The notes: generated by a model from the letters alone, not told the origin. Shown: positions 11,601 to 20,518, numbered from the stretch's first letter. The stretch is DNA of 64,000 nucleotides from Syntrophus sp. (in: bacteria) (GCA_034006265.1 JAVETB010000002.1:19919-83918); one strand, 5' to 3'. Numbers and translations are program-made.

Positions 11601-14343
11601 TCTCAAAGGACTGGCGGTGGACCTGGTCATCTGGAACGAAGATCACGCCGGTTACCGGCAACTTCTTCACGATCAGATCATGGGCCTCATCGCTGCAGGC
11701 ACGGAAGCGAAATTGGCCGATCGACCGGGTGGTATTTTTGTAAGACCTTCAGACCAGATCTCGAAGGAGGACCGCGTCCTGTTTCAGTCGGTTGCCCGCG
11801 TCATCATAACGGACCGCAAGGGAACGCTCGCAGACCAGATCAAGGGACGGAGCTTTATGGAAGGAATGTTGCCGGCCACTCTGGTAACCCGAGTCACAAC
11901 ACGGCGCGAAATTCCGGAAATAGAAGCAAAACCTCGCCAAGATCTGATCTTTGGGAATGGATTGGGCGGTTTCACACTTGATGGCCGGGAGTACATCATT
12001 TCAACTGCCCGCAGGCAGGTGACACCGGCGCCGTGGGTGAATGTCCTGGCGAACCGGCATTTCGGAACCGTTGTCTCAGAAAACGGTCTTGCCTATTCCT
12101 GGAGCGAAAACGCCCACGAGTTTCGCCTCACCCCCTGGTACAACGATCCTGTCAGCGATTCGAGCGGAGAAGCCTTTTATATTCGGGATGAAGAGCGCGG
12201 CCACTTCTGGTCCCCCATGCCGCTACCCAGCCGCGGAGCCACGCCTTATGTCACTCGCCATGGATTCGGCTACAGCGTCTTTGAGCACACGGAGCGTGGT
12301 ATCAGCACAGAGGTGTGGGTTTACGTGGCCCTGGACGCTGCCGTCAAGTTTACGGTGCTGAAGGTGCGCAACCTCTCAGGCCGGTCACGGCGACTTTCAG
12401 CCACCGGATACGTGGAATGGGTGCTGGGCGATTTGAGATCCAAATCAGCTATGCATGTCATTACGGAGATCAACCCGACCAGCGGCGCCCTCTTCGCCCG
12501 TAACCCTTACAACGCTGAATTCGGCAACCGAACGGCGTTTTTTAACGTGGATGATGTAACCCGAACGATGAGCGGCGACCGGATGGAATTTCTTGGGCGT
12601 AACGGAACGCTCACGAATCCCGCCGCCATGAAGCGGTCACTGCTCTCCGGCAGGGTCGGAAGCGCTCTGGACCCATGCGGCGCCATCCAGGTGGCCTTTG
12701 AGCTGGCAGCCGGAGAAGAGCGCGAGATCGTCTTCACCCTGGGCGCCGGACAGAAGGCCGATGATGCCGGCAACCTGGCACGACGCTTCCGGGGATCGGT
12801 CGCGGCTCGTGAGGCCCTTGAAGCCATATGGCAGTACTGGAACCACACCCTCGGCACCGTTCAGGTGGAAACACCGGATCCGTCCGTCAACGTCCTGGCC
12901 AACGGCTGGCTCTTATACCAGACCCTGACCTGCCGCCTCTGGGGACGGAGCGGTTACTACCAGTCCGGAGGTGCCTTTGGCTTCCGCGACCAGTTGCAGG
13001 ACGTGATGGCCCTCATTCATGCCGAGCCACGCTTGGTGCGGGAGCACCTTCTCCTCTGCGCGAGCCGTCAGTTTGTAGAGGGTGATGTTCAGCACTGGTG
13101 GCACCCACCCTCAGGACGGGGCGTGCGCACCCACTGCTCGGATGATTTCCTCTGGCTTCCCTGGGCGACGTGCCACTACGTTCTGACCACCGGGGATTCG
13201 GGGATTCTGGATGAACCCGTCCGCTATCTTAAGGGACGCCCGGTCAGCGCCGATGAGGACTCCTATTACGATCTGCCCGGCAGGTCCGAAGAAAAGACGA
13301 ATCTTTACGACCACTGTGTGCGAGCGATCACGAGGGCCCTCAATTTTGGTGTACATGGCCTGCCCCTCATCGGCTCCGGAGACTGGAACGACGGTATGAA
13401 CATGGTGGGTAAAGACGGCAAGGGTGAAAGTATCTGGCTTGCGTTCTTCTTGTACGAGGTACTGATGCGGTTCACCGGAATTGCACGCCTGCAGGGTGAT
13501 CTTCCCTTCGCCGAACATTGTGAGACAGAAGCAGGCAAGCTGAGCAGAAACATCGAAGAAAATGCCTGGGATGGCGAGTGGTACCTCCGGGCTTTTTTTG
13601 ACGACGGAACGCCCCTCGGTTCAGCGGGCAATCCCGAATGCCGGATTGATTCCATAGCGCAAAGCTGGTCGGTCCTGTCCGGGGCAGGAAGCCCAACGCG
13701 TTCACACATGGCCATGGACGCTGTGGATAAGCAACTCGTGCGCAGGGACTCCTCGTTGATTCAGCTTCTCGATCCGCCCTTCGACAAGTCTTCTTTAAAT
13801 CCCGGTTATATCAAGGGGTATGTTCCCGGCGTCCGGGAAAACGGCGGGCAATACACGCATGGGGCCATCTGGGCCGCCATGGCCTTCGCTGCCCTGGGGG
13901 ACGATAGACGGGCGTGGGAGCTCCTCGCCATGATCAACCCGGTAAATCATGGGAAATCCACCGAAGGGATTGAAACGTACAAGGTGGAGCCCTACGTTGT
14001 CGCGGCTGACGTATATGCCGTCCCGCCCCACACAGGTCGTGGTGGATGGACGTGGTACACGGGGGCAGCCGGCTGGATGTACCGGCTGATCGTGGAATAC
14101 CTTCTGGGGGTGAGACTTGACGTAGACAGACTTCAAGTCGTCCCCTGTCTCCCTGCCCATTGGGAGGGCTTCACGGTACACTACCGGTACAGGGAGACCA
14201 TTTACCATATCAACGTTGTGCAGAAACACACAGGCGAAGCTGAGGAGAGCGTCACCGTTGACGGGGTCGTACAACGGGAGCAGACGATTCCCCTTGTAGA
14301 CGATCACCGTGAACACCTCGTAGAAGTTGTGATGGTGATGTAA
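5629..14343 (+). CDS. ndvB: Cyclic beta-1,2-glucan synthase (Cgs/NdvB/ChvB): GT84 + cyclising glucoamylase-like domain + GH94 phosphorylase
   Basis: 2904 aa; GYERKRGKL, TLDTDT, GEGSFIGKGIY, LSHDLIEG, RRHRWIRGDWQ, TM segments, DLLASEAR, WSGSMFEYLMP, QSGGAFGFRDQLQD, GDWNDGMN, ENGGQYTH; exact start uncertain. Confidence 0.95.
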   Translation: MKVKFNSKSIPGFLSHLWASLSRNRLTQTYASFETPLRSELLSASQMEQHGKTLAAAHTLSAGRPLEQLLARLGENEGILLNVRELMSEAIKESRRITPAEEWLLDNFYLIEEQIRTSKRHLSKGYSKGLPCLKNGPSTGLPRVYDIALEMIAHGDGLVDPESLDRFIAAYQTVTELMLGELWAIPIMLRLALIENLRRAAVRIAAGRTARNHADYWADQLIETAEQNPNELIMVIADMARSKPPMVGSFVAELTRRLQGQGPALTLPLTWIEQQLSGSSLTIELLVQSEALQQAEDQISISNSIGSLRFLGATDWRKFVETMSVVEQTLCEDPADVYGRMDFATRDSYRHIVERIANSSPLSENEVARVAIRLAGEGEGKVTSDNRANHVGFYLIDKGLTQLEGLAGARLSFSEGIRKVIHRFPLFFYLGMIGVLTAIFTGYLLAEAHSGGLRGRWMWIIGIISLLSVSQLAIALANWLTTRLVAPRPLPRMDFSKGIPSESATLIVVPTMITSTESIDHLMEALEVRFLANRDRNLRFGLLTDFRDADEEILPDDGPLLVLARQRIEELNEKYRTSKNDTFFLFHRPRRFNPQDQIWMGYERKRGKLAELNSFLRGGSRECFSLIVGNTEGLEKAKYIITLDTDTQLPRDAAWQLVGAMAHPLNRPQYDEKKQRVCAGYGILQPRVAVSLPSTNRTRYARMWGRDAGIDPYTRVVSDVYQDLFGEGSFIGKGIYEIDAFERAVRGRFPENRILSHDLIEGCYARAGLLSDVQLYEEYPARYSADVSRRHRWIRGDWQLLRWLLPGVPGLNVRFQKNPLSLLSRWKLFDNLRRSLSPLAMTLLLLLGWTVLPMPWFWTLSVVGIVLIPSWIMSLLDLFQKSDDVLPSQHILATMRGSGLNHGQAAFTLLCLPYEAFFSTDAVLRTIWRMLTGNKRLLEWNPSGDSDRTSRKDLAGSCRTMWIAPVIAVVAAIYLALSRLEALVVALPVLILWFISPGVTWWASEPLGRRKERLSSENINFLRKISRKTWCFFETFVGPEDHWLPPDNYQENPFANVAHRTSPTNMGLTLLANLSAWDFGYISAGQLLDRTNNALRTMEAMECYKGHFFNWYDTESLNPLLPMYISTVDSGNIAACLLTLRAGLTALPDERIMGSRVFAGLLDTARILLDVAGKPVPPRLSRLREELESLCAASPNTLAAAREVLGGIALPALEELHGFDAAPNSLAAEWARAFTGQCRAALDELEFLAPWIMLPLPSTLLDTFPGLGEIPTLRILADFDKELLPAMTDRHAGTPEESAHLDALRGAITEASSRARARIVVIEKLVARSGLLAHMDYDFLYDETRHLLAIGYNLSENRRDASYYDLLASEARLSSFVAIAQGQLPQENWFALGRLLTTAGGKPVLLSWSGSMFEYLMPLLVMPTYEQTLLDETCKAAVARQIEYGKQRGVPWGISESGYNMIDGHLNYQYSAFGVPGLGLKRGYSELVIAPYASALALLVAPEEACSNLEELSAQGFEGKYGFYEAIDYTPSHLTHGNESAVVRSFMAHHQGMTLLSLASLLLNRPMQRRFESDPSFRAIMLLLQERVPKATAFYSQTAELAEVDAVSHDVEEMPMRVYESPDTPIPEVQLLSNGRYHVMITNAGGGYSQWKDMAVTRWREDSTCDNWGAFCYIRDLSTGAFWSTAYQPTLKPSKQYEAIFSEGRAEFRRRDHDFDTHTEIVISPEDDIEMRRITIANRARIRRTIEVTSYSEVVLAPPAQDALHPAFSNLFIQTEIIREQRAILCKRRPRSPGEQSPWMFHLMAVHGAETGEVSYETDRMRFIGRGNTLADPEAMRGSSRLSDSEGSVLDPIVAIRHQITLDPGKSATIIMVTGITETRNASLELVRKYQDRHLADRVFDLAWTHSQVLLRQINATEADAQLYGRLAASVLYANLSLRAQPETIIKNSRGQSGLWGYSISGDLPIVLLQIEDLANINLVRQLVQAHAYWRLKGLAVDLVIWNEDHAGYRQLLHDQIMGLIAAGTEAKLADRPGGIFVRPSDQISKEDRVLFQSVARVIITDRKGTLADQIKGRSFMEGMLPATLVTRVTTRREIPEIEAKPRQDLIFGNGLGGFTLDGREYIISTARRQVTPAPWVNVLANRHFGTVVSENGLAYSWSENAHEFRLTPWYNDPVSDSSGEAFYIRDEERGHFWSPMPLPSRGATPYVTRHGFGYSVFEHTERGISTEVWVYVALDAAVKFTVLKVRNLSGRSRRLSATGYVEWVLGDLRSKSAMHVITEINPTSGALFARNPYNAEFGNRTAFFNVDDVTRTMSGDRMEFLGRNGTLTNPAAMKRSLLSGRVGSALDPCGAIQVAFELAAGEEREIVFTLGAGQKADDAGNLARRFRGSVAAREALEAIWQYWNHTLGTVQVETPDPSVNVLANGWLLYQTLTCRLWGRSGYYQSGGAFGFRDQLQDVMALIHAEPRLVREHLLLCASRQFVEGDVQHWWHPPSGRGVRTHCSDDFLWLPWATCHYVLTTGDSGILDEPVRYLKGRPVSADEDSYYDLPGRSEEKTNLYDHCVRAITRALNFGVHGLPLIGSGDWNDGMNMVGKDGKGESIWLAFFLYEVLMRFTGIARLQGDLPFAEHCETEAGKLSRNIEENAWDGEWYLRAFFDDGTPLGSAGNPECRIDSIAQSWSVLSGAGSPTRSHMAMDAVDKQLVRRDSSLIQLLDPPFDKSSLNPGYIKGYVPGVRENGGQYTHGAIWAAMAFAALGDDRRAWELLAMINPVNHGKSTEGIETYKVEPYVVAADVYAVPPHTGRGGWTWYTGAAGWMYRLIVEYLLGVRLDVDRLQVVPCLPAHWEGFTVHYRYRETIYHINVVQKHTGEAEESVTVDGVVQREQTIPLVDDHREHLVEVVMVM

Positions 14344-14426
14344 AACAAGAACCCCTTGAAAGATGAGATTTCAATGATCACCTTAAAAATAAATTACGGC
14401 AAAGAGCGACGGGAGCAAGAATGTTG

Positions 14427-15788
14427 TTATTCTTTTATCACGCTTGGAGGAGCCGCCGTTGGAGCGGCGGCAGGGCGATGTCTGCGCCTTCTCTTTTTCC
14501 GCCGCTTTACCTGGGCTTCATCAGGCGCAGGTTCTGCATTATTGACAGGTATCTCTGAAAGGTAAGCTTCCCACCATTTTAAAGCCGCTTGATTTTCCCG
14601 CGTCCGCTCTGCCGCAAGGCGTAGGTATGCCAGTGCATCGGCAAACCCCGCTCTGCCGACCATAATGGCGGGGCGGCGGGGCGGCCTTTTGTGCAGCGAT
14701 GTCTGCATGGCGAGAATGGTCCGCATCTGTGCGCCGATCCGCACGGGGACGCTCACGGTATTGCGGAGTTCCTGCAGGAAAGCCGTGCAGACGGCATCCA
14801 GCGACTGCTGGCGGGGGATGCCGTCTCTCTGGTGTTCCAGAGTCCCCTCCTCCAGGCTGGGGCCGAACAGCACCGCAAAGAAAAGCGCCGGGGAAGGCGC
14901 TGTTCCACTTTGGAACAGCCGGTCCAGACCTTCAAGATTTGCCGCCAGGGCGGCGGCCCTGTGATCACTGCTTCCGCTGAGCCACTGGCCGAGCGGGGGG
15001 AAAAGAGTGGCAAGAAGGCCGCTTGTTTCCAGCAGATCGAAAACCGGTCGCGCGGAACCCATCAGGAAGAGCTTCAGCATTTCTTCGTAGAGCCTTGCCG
15101 GTGATGCGCGGGAAATCGTAAAGGACAGCCGGCAGATGACCTCCCATGTGGCCTTCTCGATGGTGAAGCTGTGGGTTGCGGCAAAACGAACGGCCCGGAG
15201 CATGCGTACCGGATCTTCGGTAAACCGCTCGTAAGGGTCGCCAATGGGCCGGATCAACCCCTCGCGCAGATCGCTGAGTCCCGTCGAGTAGTCAATCACA
15301 GAAAAATCTTCGATACTGTAAGCAAGGGCATTGATCGTGAAGTCACGGCGGAGGGCGTCCTCTTCCGGGGTGCCAAAGACATTGTCGCGGAGAACCATTC
15401 CGTCGCTGTCCTTGAGGTGCCGGGGAGGCCGATTCTCCAGGACTGGCTCTTCCGTCTCCTCTTCGCCGGAGGGGGCGGAGGCCCGGAACGTTGAAACTTC
15501 AAGGATTCCGTCCGAAAAGTAGAGATGAGCCAACCGGAAACGGCGGCCGACAAGGCGACAGTTGCGGAAGAGCCGCTTGATCTGATTGGGTGTGGCGTTT
15601 GTGGCGATATCGAAGTCTTTCGGGGTGCGCTCCAGGAGCAGGTCGCGGACGCAGCCTCCGACCAGATAGGCGATGAAGCCTTTGTCACGGAGCCGATAGA
15701 GCGTACGCAGAACATTCTGGCTTATGTGCTTCCGGGATATCCGGTGTTCCTTCCTGGGAAGAATTTGTGGTTGCATGGCCCGCACCAT
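14427..15788 (-). CDS. pcnB: Poly(A) polymerase I
   Basis: VGGCVRDLL, KDFDIAT, PAP-specific LVGRRFRLAHL, RRDFTINAL, EDPVRMLRA, basic C-terminal tail; alternative start 15776. Confidence 0.93.
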   Translation of the reverse strand: MVRAMQPQILPRKEHRISRKHISQNVLRTLYRLRDKGFIAYLVGGCVRDLLLERTPKDFDIATNATPNQIKRLFRNCRLVGRRFRLAHLYFSDGILEVSTFRASAPSGEEETEEPVLENRPPRHLKDSDGMVLRDNVFGTPEEDALRRDFTINALAYSIEDFSVIDYSTGLSDLREGLIRPIGDPYERFTEDPVRMLRAVRFAATHSFTIEKATWEVICRLSFTISRASPARLYEEMLKLFLMGSARPVFDLLETSGLLATLFPPLGQWLSGSSDHRAAALAANLEGLDRLFQSGTAPSPALFFAVLFGPSLEEGTLEHQRDGIPRQQSLDAVCTAFLQELRNTVSVPVRIGAQMRTILAMQTSLHKRPPRRPAIMVGRAGFADALAYLRLAAERTRENQAALKWWEAYLSEIPVNNAEPAPDEAQVKRRKKRRRRHRPAAAPTAAPPSVIKE

Positions 15789-15995
15789 ACCACGCTCTGC
15801 AGAAAAAGCAAAACCCCATGATCGGCAACGGCGCTGAACTTCCCGGCCGGCATCACAACGCAGCCCGGCTATGGCCCGGATTCCCTGGTATTGGCCTGCT
15901 CAATGGCAGGTGATGGAACCGGGTTGGTCGGCAGCGGGGAAAGCCGCCCGCTCCTGGAGACTGTTCACCGCCTGCCTTGCCCGGATGCAGGCCCG

Positions 15996-16355
15996 TCAAT
16001 CCTGGCGATAATATTTTACCGAGTCGCTTCCCGCATTACAGAAGTCATTCCAGTTCGTCAGCGTCTGATCGATGTTCGTCATCTGGAAATGGATGCAGTA
16101 ATGACCGTGAAAAATTGTGGGACTGACTCCCTTGTAGTCCCCGATAATGATTTTATTGATCTTCTCATTCCGGTAGTAGACAACGACCTTGTTCACCCCA
16201 AGCAGATCGAGCTCATCCAGCTTCCAGATGCCGCTCTTGAAGATGCCGTTTTCATCGAGGGCAAGGTTCTTCTGAAATCCATCCTGCTCTGTAAAGACAC
16301 AGACGCATCGATCATCAGGCGACAGGACTTCCTTAATAAAATTCACCATAGTCAA
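15996..16355 (-). CDS. Hypothetical protein
   Basis: 119-aa ORF with globular composition, more AT-rich than flanks; family not recognised. Confidence 0.6.
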   Translation of the reverse strand: MTMVNFIKEVLSPDDRCVCVFTEQDGFQKNLALDENGIFKSGIWKLDELDLLGVNKVVVYYRNEKINKIIIGDYKGVSPTIFHGHYCIHFQMTNIDQTLTNWNDFCNAGSDSVKYYRQD

Positions 16356-16671
16356 AGACTCTTTAAAAAATGAGGGGCACCCGCTTTATTCCGCAGAGGG
16401 AATGCTGCGCTTCAACGTCGCATCGCCTTTCTGGAACAATCACCAGGGGCTGAGTTAATTGATAAAGAAAAACGATACGATAACACGTTCCGCCCAGACC
16501 ATGGCTCCTTCATACTCCGGAACAAAATGGTCTGTCAACACGAAATCACGCCCATTCCGTGGACAGCCTGCCCATCGCACGGCCGATCCGGCCGCCTCAA
16601 TCAGGGTTCTCTTAATGAGTCCGATCTCTTGGCCTGTTGAAGGGAAAGCAGGTCGCATGCAAAAGCATCCG

Positions 16672-16699
16672 TTGACGATTTGTCAATTTCTGCTAAGCT
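16672..16699 (+). promoter_or_regulatory. Sigma70-type promoter overlapped by a TTGAC-N5-GTCAA palindrome
   Basis: TTGACG-N16-TAAGCT with extended TG; TTGACgatttGTCAA dyad covers the -35. Confidence 0.5.
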
Positions 16700-16809
16700 T
16701 CAGTAGAATTCCCTTTCGCCAACCCCGGGAATTCAGGCAGTAGGAAACGAGACAGCCGATCATCGTCAACACAGCCCAATGTCTATAGACTTTTAAACGA
16801 AAGAGGATC

Positions 16810-17862
16810 ATGGGAAAGACGGGCATTGTAAGAGACATCAGGTATATGGATCATCATCCCGGATTTGGACATCCGGAAAGCCCACGCCGGCTGGAAGCCA
16901 TTTATGACATGCTTGACGATTCCGACATGGCGGGAAAATTCGTGGATATCCCGGCCAGGGAGGCCAATGCGGAAGAGCTTCACCGGATCCATGTGCCGCG
17001 TTATGTGAAGAGGGTCGCAGCGACTGCAGGGATGGCTTATGATTGTCTGGACCCGGATACGACCACCTCGTCCGGATCCTACGAAGCGGCATTGCTCGCT
17101 GCGGGGGGAATGTGCGAGGCCATCTCGATGGTGGCCTCCGGCGAACTGCAAAACGCCTTCGCCCTGGTGCGGCCTCCGGGGCATCACGCCGAAGCGGACG
17201 AAGGCCGGGGCTTCTGCCTGTTCAACAATGTGGCCATCGGCGCCAGATACGCCCAGGCAGCCCTTCATCTCAAGAAGATCCTCATCATCGACTGGGATCT
17301 TCATCACGGAAACGGCACCCAGCACTCCTTCGAAAAGGATCCCTCCATCCTCTACTTCTCAACCCACCAGTACCCCTATTACCCGGGGACCGGTTCCTAT
17401 CGCGAAGTGGGAAGGCAGGAGGGGGAAGGCTTTACCGTAAATGTCCCTCTGTCCGCGGGATACGGCGATGGAGAATACGCCGTCATTTATGAGAGGATCC
17501 TCAGCGGCATCGCACCGGACTTCAAGCCCGATCTCATCCTGGTGTCGGCAGGCTTCGACATCTACCGGGGAGACCCCCTGGGGGGGATGAAGGTGTCCCC
17601 GGAGGGTTTTGCCGGGCTGACGCGCATCATTCTGGATATCGCCGAATCCTGCTGCCGCGGCAAGGTTGTGCTCACCCTTGAAGGGGGCTATGATCTCAAG
17701 GGGTTGAGAGACTCCGTCAGGGCGGTCCTGGGAGAGCTGGCCGGGCTGTTTTTCACAAACCACGCGGCCATGGCGGCACTGGCAAACCCGGTGTCCGTAG
17801 ACAGGGCACTGGGCCATGTCTACCGGGTTCACAGCCCGTACTGGAAGAACTTGAGGCCTTGA
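16810..17862 (+). CDS. Histone deacetylase-family Zn-dependent deacylase (class II-like)
   Basis: HPESPRRL, RPPGHHA, GFCLFNN, DWDLHHGNGTQ, SAGFD, LEGGY. Confidence 0.95.
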   Translation: MGKTGIVRDIRYMDHHPGFGHPESPRRLEAIYDMLDDSDMAGKFVDIPAREANAEELHRIHVPRYVKRVAATAGMAYDCLDPDTTTSSGSYEAALLAAGGMCEAISMVASGELQNAFALVRPPGHHAEADEGRGFCLFNNVAIGARYAQAALHLKKILIIDWDLHHGNGTQHSFEKDPSILYFSTHQYPYYPGTGSYREVGRQEGEGFTVNVPLSAGYGDGEYAVIYERILSGIAPDFKPDLILVSAGFDIYRGDPLGGMKVSPEGFAGLTRIILDIAESCCRGKVVLTLEGGYDLKGLRDSVRAVLGELAGLFFTNHAAMAALANPVSVDRALGHVYRVHSPYWKNLRP

Positions 17863-18107
17863 CAGATTTTTCCCTTCTTCATGGAAGCCCGGATGTTCTC
17901 AGCGGGCAGATCTTCGCCCTGTCCACGGAAAGCGGGGCAGGTAGGAGCCGGCCGGGATGGCGGTCGGCTCGGGAGAAGCACGGATCGGGAACCGATCCGG
18001 CGAGGAATTGAAAGAACCACCTTAGCAAGGGCAATGAGGGCGGACGTCGGTGCTTCATTTGCCTTCCGATGAGAATGTTCGGGACAGGGGAAAGAAAGGA
18101 AAAGGGC

Positions 18108-18521
18108 ATGGAGAGCGAGTGGCGCGACAAGGATTTTTTGAAGAACCGGTGGAATCTGCGCGAGGAAGAACTTGTCGAACTCGTGTTCCGACGAATAGTA
18201 ACCCCCTGCTGGAAAAGACCCGACGGGGTTTATATGCCGCTTTCCCATGAAATATCCTCTCAGGAAGAGGGGTGCGCCTATCATCGCTGGATGAACGTAT
18301 GGCATTCCTGCCATGATGTTCGAGCCATCACGGAAACCGACATCAGAAGGGAACTGGACACCCTTTACACATGGTTTCGATGGAGTGACATTCATGAGGC
18401 GGAACAGGAGGGAAAAGTTCCCCCGGAGCCCGCCGGTAAACAAAGAAGCGAAGGGCGCAGCCTTGCGATCGAGATCGGCGGACCGACACCGGTCGGACCT
18501 GGACCGGACGAGCGCGCATAG
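18108..18521 (+). CDS. Hypothetical protein
   Basis: ORF-track 18069..18521; purine-rich SD favours ATG 18108; protein-like N-terminal 100 aa. Confidence 0.5.
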   Translation: MESEWRDKDFLKNRWNLREEELVELVFRRIVTPCWKRPDGVYMPLSHEISSQEEGCAYHRWMNVWHSCHDVRAITETDIRRELDTLYTWFRWSDIHEAEQEGKVPPEPAGKQRSEGRSLAIEIGGPTPVGPGPDERA

Positions 18522-18699
18522 GGCGAATAGACCCGGCCCGGCAGCAGCATTCGCGGAAGCGGAACCGTCAAGGCTTTCCATTCAATAACGTTGTTGTCCG
18601 ATCCTGATCAAGAGGCGCCATCGTGGAATCCGCAGTGAAGCATCTGGGAACGTTTTCTGATCCGGGATTCGTTTCGACCGGGAAGAGAGGAGTGACGAA

Positions 18700-19308
18700 A
18701 TGGAGGAGGAGTCAAAATCCGGGGGCTGGTGGCAGACCCTACCCGGCACCCTGACGGCGGTTGCCGCCATCATCACCGCAGTTGCAGGGCTGATTATCGC
18801 TTTGCACCAGACGGGCATTCTGGGTGGCGGCGGGAAACCCACGCAGACGGAACAGGGATCCCCCTCGAAGGGAAAAGTGGAGCAGCCCCGACCGGAAGCG
18901 AAGCCAACGGAGACGGAAGAAAAACCCCGGCCTGCAGCAGAACCGGCCGCTGAACAAGGAGCGGCTCCGGATTTGTTTGTCAGCGAGTTCTCCTTGAATC
19001 CGTCCCCTCCCGTCCAGGGAAGGCCGGTGTCCGTCCGCATCGGTGTTTACAACAAGGGGAAAGCCGCGTCCGGACCCTTTACCGTCCAGTGGTGGCCCGG
19101 CGAAAATTTCCCGGCAGCGGCCTGCACCTGGCGGATAGACGGCTTGGCGGCCCGGGGCGGAAGGATCCTCAACGGCACCTACGAGGGGTATCAAAGCTGG
19201 TATGCGAAAGTGGTGACAAAATCGGTCGTCGACTCTTCCGGAAAGGTGCCGGAAAGCAATGAGGCCAACAACGTTTACAGACAGACCATTCGCGTGGCCA
19301 GGCCCTGA
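18700..19308 (+). CDS. Membrane-anchored CARDB/Ig-like domain protein
   Basis: N-terminal WWQTLPG + TM helix, Pro/Glu linker, PDLFVSEF...V.N.G...VDSSGKVPESNEANN CARDB pattern; GAGGAG SD. Confidence 0.8.
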   Translation: MEEESKSGGWWQTLPGTLTAVAAIITAVAGLIIALHQTGILGGGGKPTQTEQGSPSKGKVEQPRPEAKPTETEEKPRPAAEPAAEQGAAPDLFVSEFSLNPSPPVQGRPVSVRIGVYNKGKAASGPFTVQWWPGENFPAAACTWRIDGLAARGGRILNGTYEGYQSWYAKVVTKSVVDSSGKVPESNEANNVYRQTIRVARP

Positions 19309-19385
19309 ACGGAAGGAACCCGTATCACGCCACCGAGGAGCCTTTCCACCGCACCGCCCGCAGCCCCCGGTCTGCCAGGTCATTG

Positions 19386-19417
19386 AGGGCGGCCGGCAAA
19401 ACCCGGCCGCCCTTTCC
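19386..19417 (+). terminator. Putative intrinsic terminator between convergent genes
   Basis: AGGGCGGCCGG-caaaac-CCGGCCGCCCT 11-bp stem, short U run. Confidence 0.55.
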
Positions 19418-19523
19418 ATCCCGGTCCGCCTACCCGGGCACAGCAAAACACCGGGATTCGCTGCCGGGCCCGGGATGGCGGAAAAAGCAGGAAGGCGGAC
19501 CGATCTTACGGAATTCCACCCTT

Positions 19524-20183
19524 TCAGGGTAAGACGGCCTGTTTGAACGTCTCGAAGCCGACGCCCTCGATGAAATCGCCCAGGCGCTGCTTCTTTGCAT
19601 TTTCCTTATAGTAATTAACCACCTTGTCGATGAGGGCGAGGGCCTCGTCATCCGACAGGTTCTCCGCCAAAAGCTGTCCAATTCTTGGTCTCGCACTGGC
19701 GCATCCGCCGACCAGCAGCCTCCAGCCCTTGGGGGTTCCGATCAGCCCCACGTCTTTGATGGCCGATTCAGCGCACGAATTGATGCACCCCGACACCCCC
19801 ATTTTGAATTTCCAGGGAAGCTCCATGCCGTGATAAATCTGGTCCAGCTTCAGGCCCACTCCCACGGAATCCTGCTGCCCCCTCTTGCAGAAGGTGGTCC
19901 CCGGACAGATCTTGACGCTTCTGATGCAGAGGCCGATGGCCGCCCCGGGGGGCATTCCCAGGTCCGCCCAGGCATGGTCGATGTCATCGGGATTGATTCC
20001 TACGATGGCTATGCGCTGGGCAGACGTTATCTTCAGCGCCTTCGCCTTGTACTTCTCAGCGACGTCGGCGATCTTCCGCAGACCCGCCGGGTCGATGATT
20101 CCTCCGGGGATGTGCGGAGCAATGGCAAACGTTTCCTTGTCCCGCTGAACAATGGCCCCCTTTTCCAGAATGTCTTTGGACAT
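19524..20183 (-). CDS. Small nitrite/sulfite reductase-like siroheme/4Fe-4S protein
   Basis: MSKDILEKGAIVQRD, KITSAQRI, Cx5C (CPGTTFC) and SGCINSC cluster ligands; GGAGG SD. Confidence 0.85.
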   Translation of the reverse strand: MSKDILEKGAIVQRDKETFAIAPHIPGGIIDPAGLRKIADVAEKYKAKALKITSAQRIAIVGINPDDIDHAWADLGMPPGAAIGLCIRSVKICPGTTFCKRGQQDSVGVGLKLDQIYHGMELPWKFKMGVSGCINSCAESAIKDVGLIGTPKGWRLLVGGCASARPRIGQLLAENLSDDEALALIDKVVNYYKENAKKQRLGDFIEGVGFETFKQAVLP

Positions 20184-20427
20184 AATCGATTTCAACCTCC
20201 TGAAGTTTTAGTTTACTGTTCCGAGAATCCATATTACATTGTTTTGGAGTGTAAGTAAATCGCGGCAGCGCCCACCGAAATCGGCGGACTTGATCACCGG
20301 ATATTGAAACAGCTTGAATCGTTTCCTTTTTTTTGGAAAAAGATTCTCCCCGGCCGTTATCTCAATGCTAATGGCATTCCGTCACGGCGCTCAGCCAGGA
20401 GCGTTCCGGGGGATTCCCTCTTCAGCC

Positions 20428-20455
20428 CGGACTGTGGTAAAAAGAACACAGTCCG
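20428..20455. promoter_or_regulatory. Palindromic candidate enhancer (UAS) for a sigma54 activator
   Basis: CGGACTGTG-N10-CACAGTCCG, about 100-130 bp upstream of a -24/-12 element. Confidence 0.55.
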
Positions 20456-20505
20456 CTTTCAACGCGAAGGGTGTAACGCGGAACGGCTAAAAAATATAAT
20501 AATAT

Positions 20506-20518
20506 TATCAATTGCTTA
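20506..20518 (+). promoter_or_regulatory. IHF binding site
   Basis: TATCAATTGCTTA matches WATCAANNNNTTR exactly, preceded by an AT tract. Confidence 0.65.

Noticed and set aside
16455-16658. 67-aa ORF with DFVLTDHFVPEYEG, vaguely receiver-like
   Set aside because: Too short and lacks the other receiver motifs
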